Positions 1 through 12,340 of a stretch of 64,000 nt of DNA are shown here, in pieces; positions within the stretch are counted from its first letter, which is position 1; the number at the start of each line of letters is the position of its first letter. Made by a program: the position numbers and the translations under genes. The notes beneath the pieces are model-generated. The model worked only from the letters and a program-made list of their open reading frames with translations. It did no database searches and had not been told where the DNA came from. This DNA comes from Octopus vulgaris. Its lineage: Eukaryota. The stretch is taken from NCBI GenBank assembly GCA_951406725.2, contig OX597822.1:115444001-115508000 (forward strand), given 5' to 3'.

Positions 1-45
1 TCGTATATAATTCCATTCGTGCGATACTCCCACAACTCAACTTTG

Positions 46-112
<67 letters not shown>

Positions 113-856
113 TGCGTGTATGTACGTATATATGTATGTGTGTGTGTATGTGTGTAAATATACAGGATGCGTAAGGTATTTGAGGCCATACCTATAGGCG
201 TAGGAAGCCTACCTATAGGCGCAGGAGTGACTGTTGGTAAGTAACTTGCTAACGAACCACATGGTTCAGGGTTCAGTCCACTGCATGGCATCTTGGGCAA
301 GTGTCTTCCACCATAGCCTCCGGCCGAACAAAGCCTTGTGAGTGGATTTCGTAGACACAAACTGAATGAAGCCTGTCATATATATATATATATATATATA
401 TATGTACGTATGTGTGTGTATATGTTTGTGTGTCTGTGTTAGCCCACACCAACATCGCAGGTCAGTAAACAATCTCGCCACTACATTAATATAAATCTTA
501 ATGGCAGTAAAATTTTTTTGAATTCATAATATTCTGTACTGAACTTTTTTTGATATTTCCTCCTGGAAATTACCCTGAGATGTATAATATATTTGTTTTA
601 ATCTTTTCTGCCCATTTTTTCAAATATTCTCATCATACTGTTGTACTTTTTTATGTCCTTAACATGTCCCTGTTACCAAAGACTGTATATATACATGTAA
701 TGTGGCAATTTGCAACAAGCAATAATTAACGCAACCAAACTTCCATATGTTACTTTTGACAATTTTTTCCAAAGAGTTAAACATCTTTTAAATTGCATTT
801 TCAAACCTTCTTTCGTATATAATTCCATTCGTGCGATACCCCACAACTCAACTTTG

Positions 857-915
<59 letters not shown>

Positions 916-1263
916 TGCGTGTATGTACGTATATATGTATGTGTGTGTGTATGTGTGTAAATATACAGGATGCGTAAGGTATTTGAGGCCATACCTATAG
1001 GCGTAGGAAGCCTACCTATAGGCGCAGGAGTGACTGTTGGTAAGTAACTTGCTAACGAACCACATGGTTCCGGGTTCAGTCCACTGCATGGCATCTTGGG
1101 CAAGTGTCTTCCACTATAGCCTCCGGCCGAACAAAGCCTTGTGAGTGGATTTCGTAGACACAAACTAAATGAAGCCCGTCATATATATGTATATATATAT
1201 ATATATGTACGTATGTGTGTGTATATGTTTGTGTGTCTGTGTTTGCCCACCCCCAACATCGCT
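1..1263. repeat. Local tandem duplication, period about 812 bp (1-458 matches 813-1263)
   Basis: tcgtatataattccattcgtgcgata occurs at 1 and 813, each followed by (TA)n, the same transposon TIR and the same SINE 5' part, with a handful of substitutions. The first copy breaks off mid-SINE at about 458. Confidence 0.9.
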
Positions 1264-2740
1264 TGACAACCGATGTTGGTGTGTTTACGTCCCCGTAACA
1301 TAGCGGTTCGGCAAAAGTGACCGATAGTATATGTACTAGGCTTACAAAGAATAAGTCCAGGGGTTGATTTGCCCGACTAAAGGCAGTGATCCAGCATGGC
1401 CGCAGCCAAATGACTGAAATAAGTAAAAGTGTAAAAGAGTATACCTTTGTTGGGTCATTGCTGCATTTTTTGCTAACTCTGTATAATCTTTGTTTCAGGA
1501 AATAATAATGGCACATCCTCAGCTTGCTCAAGAAATGAAGGGGCATGCTGTTATTGTGGTTATAAAGGCTGAGCGTAGTGATTTAGAAATATTTCGATTT
1601 TTAAAAGTTGCTATCTACAAAGTTTGTAAGGCGCTAGAGAATGAAGATGGAAATATATCACTAATATCAAAGCATAAAGGCATTCTAAACGCTCTTAAAT
1701 CATCGGAAGACTTGAATATAAATTCAAGTGTTATATAAATTTCACCATTTCACCAAAGATTCTTTGAAAGCTGCCATAGTCAGAGTAATGTCCAAATTGA
1801 ACCAGGACCACTTGATTCAAGCATGTAGATGATTTAGATCTCGTATAGAAGCAGTTGTTGAAGCTGAAGGTGGCTTTCTTGAATAACATTTTAGAAAAGA
1901 AGGTTTATTTTTATCATATAAGTTTTATATGATGAAGAAAGGTCAATTTGTCAGAAAGTCAAAGGAACACCGCTACATCAGATCCAAAAGACCCTTAAAC
2001 AAACTGAAAAATCCAGCAGAAAATTTGATTTGGCTTCTCGCAAACGAGAAAAACTTCGACCAAGATCAAAAGGTTAACAGAAGAAATGACAGATGGTTAT
2101 GTGCAGACCCTTCTGAAGTTCCAAGGGTTATGCATACAAAATTTCCTGCAGTTGTCATAGTTTTAAGGGTTGTCAGCAATGAAGGACATGTGAGGCCTCC
2201 TTATATCTTTCCACAAGGCCTTAGAGTTAACTCTGCCGCCTCGTTGAGGTTCTGGAAATAATTGTTAAGCTCTCGATAGACAGTGTATGCAATGGAAGGT
2301 CATATGTGTTTCAGTAAGACTACACTATCACACATGGCTCTAGTAACACAAGAAAGAATGACTGAAAATGTTCATGATCACATAACATTTAACATTTGGC
2401 CTCCCAATTCTCCAGATCTCAATCCATTGGACTATTACATGTGGAGCGTTGTTCAGAGAGAGGTCAATGAACATGCCCATAACACCAAAGACACTTTGAA
2501 AGCTGCCTTAGTAAGAGTAATGTCCAAAATGAAGCAGGACCACTTGATTCGAGCATGAAGATGATTTAGATCTCATATAGAAGCAGCCGTTGAAGCTGAA
2601 GGTGGTTTTATTGAACAACATTGTAGAACATGTTTACTTTTATCCTCACAGCATTTTGTGATAAATAAAGTTGTTATCTGTTATTATATATCTGTTTTTT
2701 TTTATAAACATAAATATGTCCTCAAATATCTTACGCATTC

Positions 2741-2742
<2 letters not shown>
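966..2742 (+). mobile_element. Decayed Tc1/mariner-superfamily transposon, DD37D (maT-like)
   Basis: TIRs caggatgcgtaaggtatttgaggccata (966) and tatgtcctcaaatatcttacgcattctg (ending 2742), with TA at the left. Transposase fragments read NEKNFDQDQKVNRRNDRWL, YVFQ*D and WPPNSPDLNPLDYYMW. About 37 residues lie between the 2nd and 3rd catalytic Asp after allowing one frameshift. Confidence 0.85.
997..1440 (+). mobile_element. tRNA-derived SINE (family A), inserted in the maT element
   Basis: Head ggcgcaggagtgactgttggtaag...ggttccgggttcagtcc, internal (TA)/(TG) tract, tail tgactgaaataagtaaaag. Flanked by atacct at 991 and 1441. The family recurs throughout the window. Confidence 0.85.
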
Positions 2743-2808
<66 letters not shown>

Positions 2809-2847
2809 TATATGTATGTAAGTATGTATGTACGTATGTATATATGT

Positions 2848-4981
2848 ATAAAGGAAAAATTTAATCGTTAGTAAATGTGACTGAGAGTGTGGAAGTAACT
2901 ACATTCCTAGAAATAAGAGTTAAGAACTCTTAATACTGTGAGAATGATCGATTATATGCACCATGTGCTGAACTTGGTATGGATGGCAGAGACGATCCCA
3001 AATGACTAGAAGAAGGGTCTTTTGGTGAAGCTGCCGAAGAGTGGGGATTCATCACAGTGTGAAAAGTGGAGCGGAATTACCTGGCTTTCCATTCCAAGCA
3101 AAGTCCTTACAAGAATCATCTTGGAGCGATTGAAAGATACCATTTGCAAGCAATTCAGAGATGAGCAGGCGGGTTTCAGAAAGGAGAGATCATGCACGGA
3201 CTATACTGCGACGCTCAGAGTCATCGTGGAGCAGACAATGGAATGGCAAACGCCACTCTATGTGTGCTTCGTCGACTTTGACAGCAAAGACATACAGACA
3301 ATCTGGGACATCTTACGACACTGTGGTGTGCCAGAGAAGATCGTGGGCCTTATTCGATTACTCTACGAGGAGTTTTCTTGCCAGGTCATCCATACTGGGA
3401 GATTGTCGGAGGAATTCAGGGTCAACACGGGAGTGAGACGGCTGTTTGTTGTCACCGCTCCTGTTCCTCGTCGTGCTGGACTGGATCACCAGGACGGCCT
3501 ACGCTACCTCCGGGAAAGGTATTCAGTGGACACTGATGAACAGGCTGGAGGACTTGGACTACGCAGATGATCTCGAGCTACTGACACATCGCCTGCAAGA
3601 CATGCAAGATAAGGTAAACCACCTGACAGAAACTTCACGGTGCGTGGGCTTGAGGGTCAGCCGGGAAAAGACAAAGTGCTGCGTATCAACAATAAGCAGG
3701 AAGAACCAATCACAATCGAGGGAGAACCTGTGGAGGATGTTAGTGAGTTTGTTTATCTTGGCAGCAAGATCAGCAAATAAGGTGGATCAGACGAAGACAT
3801 CACGACAAGAAGGCTTGGCAAGCCTTCGCTATTCTTCGGCCGGTATGGAAGTCCACTACCATCTCAACTCGAACTAAACTCCGCTTATTTAGTTCAAACG
3901 TAAAATCTGTGTTTTTGTATGGCTCTGAAACATGGAGAGCCACCTGCAGCAACTACAAGAAGATCCAGACCTTTATCAACAAATGTCTCTGGCAGATCTC
4001 CATCTGAAGTGGCTCGACAGAATGCCAAACACCGACCTGTGGGAAAGGGCCAACCAGGAGCCCATACATGTTCAGATTAGATGAAGGAAATGGAGATGAA
4101 CCGGATATAGACTGCGGAAAGAACCCTCAAATGTGACACGACAAGCAGTTTACTGGAACCCGCAGGGGAAAAGGAAGCGAGGACGCCCGAAGCAGACATG
4201 GAAGCGGAGCATTTTGGACGAGCTCAGGACCACCGGCCTGACATGGGAAGCAGCCAAGAAACACGCCAATGACCGCAAAAAGGGGAAAACAACCGTTGAG
4301 GCCCTATGCTCCACAAGGGGCAAAGAGGATTAAGAGAGACAGAATACTGTGAGAAGAGCGCAAAATATATACACTGACGGGGTAGGTAACTGCCCCATGA
4401 CCATCTCTAGAATCACTAGACTTCTTTTGTCTATTTCTTAGGCACCGTCATTAGTGACGACTCAAATGGTCGTTGGTTTGGCTAAAACCGTCTACCAGTA
4501 ATATAGTTTTACCATAAATATTTATGACTGATTTAACGAAATGCTAATAAGTACTAAAAATTAATATAGCCACATCTACTGACGACAAATTTTTTCTTTT
4601 ATGGTATTATATTGCGCCTAGCTGTTTACATTAATATTTAGTATACACATTAGCATTTCGCTAAATCATCCATAATCTTTTATGGTAAAAATATATAAAC
4701 TGGAAGATAGATTTGGCGAAACAATCCACCGTTTGAATAATCACAACTGATGATACCTACGAAATAGTCTAAACTAGTCTAATTTAGTAATTTTAGAGAC
4801 GGTCATGGGCGGTTACCTCCCCTGTCACTCAATATATTTTGCACTCTTCTTACAGTGTTAAGAACTTTTAACTCTTGTTTCTAGCAATGTAGGTGCTTCG
4901 GCACTCTGAGTAACATTTAGTGACGATTAAATTGTTCCTTTACTATAATATATTGCGCCTAGCTGTTTATATTAGTTTTTA

Positions 4982-4985
<4 letters not shown>
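2848..4985. mobile_element. Fold-back (inverted plus partial direct repeat) element of Penelope pLTR-like architecture, split by an RTE LINE
   Basis: 2848-2944 joined to 4356-4570 is an imperfect reverse complement of about 4630-4942. 4606-4645 is directly repeated at 4946-4985. Flanked by TA-rich microsatellites. Confidence 0.75.
2945..4342 (+). mobile_element. 5'-truncated RTE-clade LINE (RT pseudogene) with 13-bp TSD
   Basis: Motifs WSGITWLSIPSKVLTRIILERL, QAGFRKERSC, LSPLLF, LDYADDL and WNPQGKRKRGRPKQTW across frameshifted ORFs. TSD aatactgtgagaa at 2932-2944 and 4343-4355. Confidence 0.95.
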
Positions 4986-5037
<52 letters not shown>

Positions 5038-5053
5038 TCAATTTATATATATA

Positions 5054-5116
<63 letters not shown>

Positions 5117-5123
5117 ATATATA

Positions 5124-5630
5124 TACGAGCAAAACGCCCCCGCCCCCACGTCCAATGGACGGTGCTGAGTTGTCAAACATTTAAACCAAATTTTCTCAAA
5201 ACAACTTGTCCGACCGTCCCATAGGCCTCCCCTTTGAGAAACTCTGATTTAACCTAAATTTGAGACACCAGCAAAAGAAGAAATAAAGATAGACTTTTTT
5301 CTATTCTAAATAAAAAACGATTTTATTACCACAAATATGCAATCGAAGACTTTAACGTACCAGTAATGATAAGGCTGTTGACTGGGAGAGCACAAACATG
5401 GTTTCAACAGTATCGATCGCAACAGCTGGTGTACTTGCGCGTACAAATGCACGTTCCCACGGCTTTATCGATCGCATTCTAGCCTGGAATCGATTTTTGT
5501 AATTTTTTCAAAACTTATACACGCCCTGATACCGTCGGTATCTACATATCAAATTTGAGCGCAATCGGATGGAGGGTGTCTGAGATCCTAGAAGACACAC
5601 AAACAGACAGAACGGATTTTGTGTGTGAGA
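5124..5630 (-). mobile_element. Probable non-autonomous Helitron-like element
   Basis: Left end tacgagcaaaacg... with hairpin cgtccaatggacg resembles a degenerate reverse-strand hairpin+CTAG end. The acagacag motif near the other end parallels 62968-63360. Confidence 0.4.
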
Positions 5631-6249
5631 GAACATCTTTCAATGTGTGTGTTTATATTCATATGTGTATGTTTCACTCACTTAGACAAAGATTTTGAAA
5701 ATCCTAAAGAGATCTTGTGAAAGTAAGGGTGCACGTGTAAATGTGTGCGTGAATTGTAAATCAGTTTTAACAAAACGGCAAGATAATCCTAGTAAATCAA
5801 CGAAAGATTAATTAGCTATATCATATTTCTGATTTGAGAATTTTTGAAAATTTGTTCAATAGAGAGGATGGTTAATGATAATAATTTCAAAACTTACGGC
5901 TCAGCGAAATAGATATTCCAGTCACTGCAACATTTGAGTTGACTAATTAAGTATTATGGGATTGCTGATATGTTTTAGTCAGAAGTTTTACGGGTCAAAA
6001 AGTTAAACTCATTTAACCATTTCGCCCGTTGCATTAGCGACATCAATTACAAAGAATGTTTGACAAAGAAGAACTGATAGAAAGGGAGGGGGGGTCAAAG
6101 CTGTATGTAACGTGTGTTTTTCGCAAAGCATGCCTTCCATAATTATTTTATTGAGATGAAAAAGAATCTTACAGGCATTGAAATGATAGTTATTGAAAGA
6201 TAGGAAGTGGGGAGCAAAAGATTTCATATGCGTTTTTCTTTAAGCATGC

Positions 6250-6620
6250 CTAGTGGGAAGCAAAATGGGAAAACAACGTAGCATCAATCTGGACGGGTTT
6301 CCTTTGAAACAGTTCTCATGCTTCATACAGATCCCAAGGATGCTGCCATGAGCAAAACAAAATTTTACGAGTGGCTTTCACGCCACCGTTAACCTCCTGA
6401 ACGAATGAAAACAGCATGAAGATTTATGAACTGATCTTGGAAGACCATCACTAAACAAGTGACGTACTTGTTGAGATTACTGTTACAGCCTGGAGCTCCT
6501 TCCAAGGAACTTTGAGCGAAGAATTGCGAATGAAAAGAGTTACAGCAAACATTGTGCCTCGCTTGATCACAGAAGATCTTCCATAAACCACCGTAGCCGA
6601 ACTTGTGCCTCGAAGAGTAA
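6250..6620 (+). pseudogene. Highly decayed mariner transposase N-terminal fragment
   Basis: atgagcaaaacaaaattttacgagtgg translates as MSKTKFYEW. attgtgcctcgcttgatc gives IVPRLI, similar to the WVPxxL linker. Confidence 0.5.
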
Positions 6621-6678
6621 CTTTCTAGATGCAATCATATGGTCATTCATGACCGAAGGGGTTCTTTACACTTTACCC

Positions 6679-6738
<60 letters not shown>

Positions 6739-6741
<3 letters not shown>

Positions 6742-7504
6742 ATGTAGGAAATTTTTTTATCAATGGCCAGCATATTAAAAAAATACCTTTAAAGGTTAAA
6801 ATTATAAACAACTTATAAATAAGGGCAAACGAAAAAATTTCTTATGCCGAAAATTGGACATATTGTCTATTACCATATAATTTTTCACAATATGCACGCT
6901 ACTCGAAAAAAAAAACCGACAGAAATAGCGTGCATATTGTGAAAAATTATATGGTAATGGACAATATGTCCAAATTTTCGGCATATTTGACATTAGAAAT
7001 TTTTTCGTTTGCCCTTATTTATAAGTTGTTTATAATTTTAACCTTTAAAGGTATTTTTTAATATGCTGGCCATTGATAAAACATTTTTTTTTCGAAAACA
7101 TTTTATCCTACATAAATATAAATTTGTGTTCACTTCCGGACTCTCTCATTCTATGAGAGCCTCAGTTCAAATCGCGCGTGTCTTGAATGGGATGGAGTAT
7201 TTCTATTTTGGATGTATTTGGGGTACTTAGTTGTGCTCATGACTTAGTGTTTGCTTCTTCCATGGGTGCGAGTAAGTATCTCATTTATTTCTTTTGCCAC
7301 ATGTACCACTGACGAAGGGAGGGTTCTTACGAACTAACCCTGAAATCGGTTCGATATGGTAATAATGGAATTTTTTAGAGATTTCTGTCGGTTTTTTTTC
7401 GAGTAGCGTGCGTACTGAAAAAAATTATATGGTAAATGGACAATATGTCAAAGTTTTCGGCATATTTGGCATTAGAAATTTTTTCGTTTGCCCTTATTTA
7501 TAAG

Positions 7505-7508
<4 letters not shown>
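6739..7508 (+). mobile_element. Non-coding Penelope pLTR-type element (inverted arm plus partial tandem copy) in a (TA)n tract
   Basis: 6755-6900 is the reverse complement of about 6926-7082. 7381-7508 repeats the same segment directly. Contains a hammerhead at 7304 and has (TA)n on both sides. Confidence 0.8.
7304..7361 (+). ncRNA. Type I hammerhead ribozyme, canonical core
   Basis: UACCA-CUGACGA-AGGG..(GGUUC uuac GAACU)..CCCU-GAAA-UCG guu CGA-UA-UGGUA. All three stems pair. AUA triplet, predicted cleavage after 7356. Confidence 0.85.
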
Positions 7509-7580
<72 letters not shown>

Positions 7581-7583
7581 ATA

Positions 7584-9537
7584 TAAGTTCAGCAAAATTT
7601 AGATTCAAATGAATATGGTACTTAAGTTAGATGCACCAGAATATTGTATGGTGTTATCCATATAAATCCGTGGGGTGATTATAATCAAAATAAGCAATAT
7701 GAATAACTTCGGTAATTTGGTATGATCGTTTCGCACTACATCATTTTATTAAATGTTGTAAGTATTACAATAGTATTAAAATGCTGAGCACTCATCAGCC
7801 ATTAATAGGTTTTCCATTAATACATCATTTTCATATCAAGTGATAACATTATAGAGAAGGTGGATATATAGACAAAGATGTGGATTAAAATTTTAAGAAC
7901 ATTTAAGATAGTGGAGTTTATCAACTGACTGAAGAATATTCAGTTGCTATGAACTGCTAGAAGGTTCTGCGAAGAATGGACAAATGAAAGGAAACAAGAA
8001 AGATTTTCTATTTATAGAAATAGGGGTGAAATAGATGTCAAAGTTCCATATAAAGAAATTTAGGTAGAGAGAAAAGGATTGTCACATTACGATGCCTATT
8101 ACTACTATTTGGCAAACAGATTTAGCATTAGGAAAACTAGGTTAATGTCAAATGGTTATAATGACCACTCATAGAGAATGCAGAGATTTTTTTAAACTTA
8201 TATACATCAACTTTATAATTAGCTGATAGGTTTTGAGTATTTTGATACGTTGGATTAAAGGAAAAATTATAAATCTAATATTTATTCAATTTAGAGAAAA
8301 ATCTATCACTTATTATGAGTAGGCATAATACTTATTAATTGGGGACAAAATCTTATTAATCAAGTGAATATATTAGGGGTCAAATATATATAATAGGAAA
8401 AATAGAAGAGGAGTAATCAAAGAAGAAAGGTATTCGTAGGTTTAGTAGAAGGTGATTTAATAATATGAAGGGAAGTAATTTAGAAGAGTAAATTACTCAG
8501 ATTTCATAGTGAATTGTTATTAATGAATTAAAATATAGAATCTGTTAGAAATAATATTTACTACCCGCGGAGAAAGGCTAATTAGTTAGGTAAAAATATC
8601 CTAGGTTAATGATATATTAAGAAGTGAGATAATCAAGGTGAACCGAATAGTTTCTTTAGGGACATAGAATTTATACTATTTAGTGTAGGAGAATTTTAAA
8701 AAAAGGGATAATTTAATTCTAAGTTTGCAAAGAAGTTTTATAGTAATCTATGTATGTTGAATTAAAAACCAGTATGGTATATTCATTGTTATTTGGGTAT
8801 AAAGAATTAAAACTTGAAAAATTTAGGAATATTCACAATATTATTATTTAAAATATTTAAACGTACGGGTTGTGCGATGTATGCAAGATGCTCCTAGCTC
8901 CGAACGGTTATTTAACAGATTTGTATTACTCCGATGTTTTAAAATTTCATATGTTTCCATAGAACAAAGTTCACAACCATCTCTACTATTTTTATAAGGC
9001 CGTACTTTTCTTACTATATCCCATTTCAGGTTGAATTCTATATTATTCGTTTTCAGTTCCCAAATTTTACTAGACAATGTTGTGCAACCTGCTTTGTGTT
9101 TGAGCCTAAAGGAAGAAAAATGATTGTTTAAACGTTTTTTTTAATCTACCGAACAACCGAAATAAAGATAGTTGTTATTTGAAGTTATTATTGTACATTT
9201 ATAAATCACATTTTGGACCGAACAAAGGCCAGATAACGGACATTTCGATCTAATCCTACAATTACAACTGGGGGGGGGGGGATAATTTCCAGTACTAGTA
9301 TCATTTAAGGACAGTTCAAATTTATTTCTGTTATTTGAGTTGTTATTAGTAATAGGGTTATTTTCTCTAATAGTAGTTACATTGTTATACAAACTGGGGT
9401 TACTAGTTATTAATCCATCCTCATTATCATCACCTACTACACTTTTATCTATACTACCTATATCATTGATGTTGTTATTATCACTATTTGTATTAATGTT
9501 GTTGTTATTATTATTATTATCATCATCATCATCATCA

Positions 9538-9580
<43 letters not shown>

Positions 9581-9800
9581 TATTATCATTATTATTATTA
9601 TCATTATTATTATTATTATTATTGCTATTTTTATTATTATTTCTATTATTGTTGTTGTTACTATTCATTCTATCCCTAGCTAACTTAGTAATTTTGCTAT
9701 TAAGTCTAGCTATTATGGTAACCATATTTGTGAGAGTAGAATATGATATTCTTACTGATTTCCTAGAAATTATTTTATAATATTTATGGGAGGCCAAACA
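7584..9800 (-). mobile_element. 5'-truncated Penelope-like element: linker, GIY-YIG endonuclease and long 3' region
   Basis: ORFs 9141-9797 and 8844-9077 read VRISYSTLTNM, CNCRIRSKCPLSGLC, VIYKCTI..YFGC, LSSKIWELK, CELCSMETYEI, LLNNRSEL..CIH. One premature stop. Hammerhead motif near the 3' end. Confidence 0.85.
7714..7805 (-). ncRNA. Type I hammerhead motif with long stem II, slightly decayed
   Basis: Reverse strand AAUGG-CUGAUGA-GUGCU...AGUGC-GAAA-CGAUCA-UA-CCAAAUU. Stem III is one transition away from palindromic CGAUCG. Confidence 0.65.
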
Positions 9801-9805
9801 TGATA

Positions 9806-10189
9806 GATAAAATGACTTAGCGGTTCGACAAACGAGATCGATAAAATGACGTAGCAGTTCGCCAAACTAGAGCGATAAAATGACTTAGCGGTTCACCAAA
9901 CTAGATCGATAAAATGACTTAGCGGTTCGCCAAACGAGATCGATAAAATGACGTTGCGGTTCTCCAAACTAGATCGATAAAATGACTTAGCGATTCACCA
10001 TACTAGATGATAAAATGACTTAGCGGTTCATCAAAGAGGATCGAGAAATTGACGTAGCTGTTCGCCAAACGAGTTCGATAAAAGGACTTCGTGGTTCGCC
10101 AAACAAGATCGATAAAATGACTTAGTGGTTCACCAAACGAGATCGATAAAATGACTTAGGGGTTCGCCAAAGATGATCGATAAAATGAC
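9806..10189 (+). repeat. Minisatellite, about 34-bp unit x 11
   Basis: Consensus gataaaatgacttagcggttcgccaaacgagatc, head-to-tail with no unique spacers. Confidence 0.95.
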
Positions 10190-10253
10190 ATCCGGCCGAT
10201 CAAAGGCTTGTGAGTGGACTTGGTAGACGGAAACCGAAAGACCGTCGTATATA

Positions 10254-10613
<360 letters not shown>

Positions 10614-10849
10614 ATATCTATAAATCTGAAATGCGAAAAGTTTGTTTGTCTGGTTTTGGCATTGGAACGGGTTAGAGGGCATTAGATCCCGTCGGATTCA
10701 CTCCAAAAGTTACAGGGACATGTAAAATGAGGTGAGGATGTCAGTGAGCCAGGTTAGAAATCCCTATCTTAAAAGGTGTGGTTACTAGGGCAAAAAACAC
10801 ACACTTTGACAAGTCTTCTCTCATTCTCTTATCTGCTTGTCTTCCTCCG

Positions 10850-10880
<31 letters not shown>

Positions 10881-11089
10881 CCTTCCCTTCATATTCGCTC
10901 TATAACATCGTTTGACAGCGTCTACTATCTTTCCCCCGTCGCTTTCACTCTTTCTTCCACATCTTCTCTCTCTCTCTCTACGTCTGTCTGCATTCATAGC
11001 GAGAATTATTATCGCCACCACCGCCACACAATACCACTGGGCCTTTGCGCCTTCACTTTAAAAGCTGTCAAGCATTTTAATTTAGAAGA

Positions 11090-12340
11090 AGTTGCTCCAA
11101 TGTAGAAGAAGACATCGGTTCCAGAAGAAATTTTGCACTGGTAAATTAGCCCAAAGGATCTCCAATCATTATTCAACTTTCCGAGATAAAAGAAAACAAC
11201 ACAGCACGGGACTAAGCAAATTAGTTTGGCGTCTGAAGGACAGCAATACAACTTTCAAGCTGGAATGGTCCATATTGACGGTGCCCTTTCCGTTTGATAA
11301 GGGCAGAAAACTTTGTGGGATCTGTAATTCCGAACTTTTTCATATTTTGTTCGCCAAAGTCCCTTTAATAAATACAATCGTTGAGAGGTCCTACAGGTGC
11401 ATGCACTGGCAAAACACACCTTTCACTCATATGAATAATGATTAATATAGATAACCCCTTGAATTTTAATTAATATAACTTCCTTTTTTATATATTTCAC
11501 CCCCATAGTCATAAAAATTTCTGTTATACTCTCAAAGAACTACTACCCAACCCAATGAGGTATGTGTTGCCTTTGTCCCTCTACCTCGCCCTCCTCTTTC
11601 TCTCTCTTTCTCTCTCTCTTTCTCTCTCTATTTCCCTCTATCTATAGTAAGCACAACCAAACATACAGACACAAACCTCTCATCTCATCACTGTCTATAT
11701 TCTGACATCTACCCATCCACATACACAATCACGCACACACATACACACATACACACACATTAATGCAGTTATATACAGTCACACACACAGGCACTCATTC
11801 ACAAAAGAAATTAACTTAATTCACCATTCATATGACCTGCACCCTTTCACCTTCCTATTCTTATGCCTCTCTCCTCCAACTTCGTTTGAACCCTTGAACC
11901 TTTAGAACCTTCTAGAATCTTCTACATCCAACCATTTTGACGTCACTCCTTATAAAGGAATATTTTTAAAGAGACACTCATTATCGCTATGGGCTCCGTG
12001 TGAGCAATCATCTAAAAGTTTTTTGTTCATTTTGATGTTGACATAAGTTCCTTGCTTTTCCTGATGAGAAAGCGGCATAATGTACTCCTTATTCCTTCGC
12101 AATTAGGAATATGCAGCCTTCGAAACATATGTCGAAAATAAGGGAATTTTGTTAATTCGTCGTTCAGCTCCAATCTTTCATATATTTATATTTTTAAAAT
12201 AAACATACAAATTTCCAGACGAAAACACGTAATCTATGCCCTAGGCACGTAACTTCAACCGTGTTTTTTCTGATGTGAATTTGCTACCCAGGTATCGGTT
12301 AATTCGAATTATCCTTAATAAGATAATTCATTCAACTACT
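11090..12340 (+). mobile_element. 5'-truncated Penelope-like element: GIY-YIG C-terminal half and 3' region
   Basis: RISNHYSTFR..STGLSKLVWRLK..LEWSIL..LCGICNSELFHIL..LIN..RCMH, homologous to the 8844-9130 peptide. Intact hammerhead downstream. Confidence 0.8.
12056..12138 (+). ncRNA. Type I hammerhead ribozyme, canonical core, palindromic stem III
   Basis: UUUUC-CUGAUGA-GAAAGCGGCAUA...UAUGCAGCCUUC-GAAA-CAUAUG-UC-GAAAA. GUC triplet, predicted cleavage after 12133. Confidence 0.88.

Noticed and set aside
9806-10189. CRISPR-like array of 34-bp repeats
   Set aside because: Units are contiguous with no unique spacers, derive from a SINE segment, and there are no cas genes in this eukaryotic context.
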